Positions 63,728 through 64,000 of a stretch of 64,000 nucleotides of DNA are shown here, in pieces. The stretch comes from Camelus ferus. Taxonomy: Eukaryota. Within the stretch, counting starts at the first letter, position 1. Every line of letters begins with the position of its first letter. The notes below the pieces were generated by a model. It saw nothing but the letters and a program-made list of their open reading frames with translations. It searched no databases and was not told the DNA's origin. The stretch lies in assembly GCF_009834535.1 (NCBI RefSeq), contig NC_045696.1, positions 61,320,001-61,384,000 on the forward strand, written 5' to 3'. The position numbers and the translations under genes were made by a program.

Positions 63728-63801
63728 ACAGTGTCTGCATTCTGCTGCTTTGGTCTCTGGATCCCTCGTGCCCTCACACTTGTGGAAATGACCATAGCCG
63801 C
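63728..63801 (+). CDS. SLC51A: SLC51A coding exon 4 (TVSAFCCFGLWIPRALTLVEMTIA); gene continues past the window
   Basis: CCFGLWIPR motif; aagcag acceptor, GC|GTGAGT donor, 74 nt. Confidence 0.95.
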
Positions 63802-64000
63802 GTGAGTGTCCTGCCCCACCCCCAGCTCTGGGCTGTATATCCTTCTGGGGTCCTCTCCCTGCTCCCTTCTCTCCCAGACTCCAGAGTCCATGTCTTCTTT
63901 TATCCCCTGTCCCTTCCATAAATCCCTGCAAACCAGCTGATCACAAATCTAGCACTTTCCAACTTGTGCTAATCCAGGTCTCTTGAACTTCTAGTTCATC

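Noticed and set aside
1..64000. Prokaryote-type systems (CRISPR arrays, operons, rRNA)
   Set aside because: The sequence is intron- and retroelement-rich mammalian DNA, and I saw no repeat-spacer arrays.

Overview
Mammalian genomic DNA, probably a camelid, judged from six copies of a tRNA-Ala-derived SINE resembling camelid vic-1. The window holds two head-to-head protein-coding genes in the ZDHHC19-SLC51A arrangement known from other mammals. ZDHHC19 (palmitoyltransferase, - strand) has 8 coding exons from 44629 down to 35198, about 365 aa. SLC51A/OST-alpha (+ strand) shows its first four coding exons from 51936 and runs off the window end. In bases 1-35000 I recognise no exons; the region is mostly retroelements (L1, SINE, MaLR/ERV LTRs, MIR/L2/L3) and hAT DNA-transposon relics. 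Most notable: (1) a 3.2 kb TSD-bounded L1 with ORF1 but essentially no ORF2 (half-L1/HAL1-like), inside a five-insertion nested cluster whose target site appears triplicated; (2) two more L1s with microhomology-joined internal deletions; (3) a probable minor-spliceosome (U12-type) intron in ZDHHC19 with an atypical donor; (4) a ZDHHC19 C-terminus read in a different frame from human; (5) a tailless U4 snRNA retropseudogene with TSDs; (6) an IR-1/LRH-1/HNF4 motif cluster upstream of SLC51A. All family names and orthologue comparisons come from recall, not database searches.
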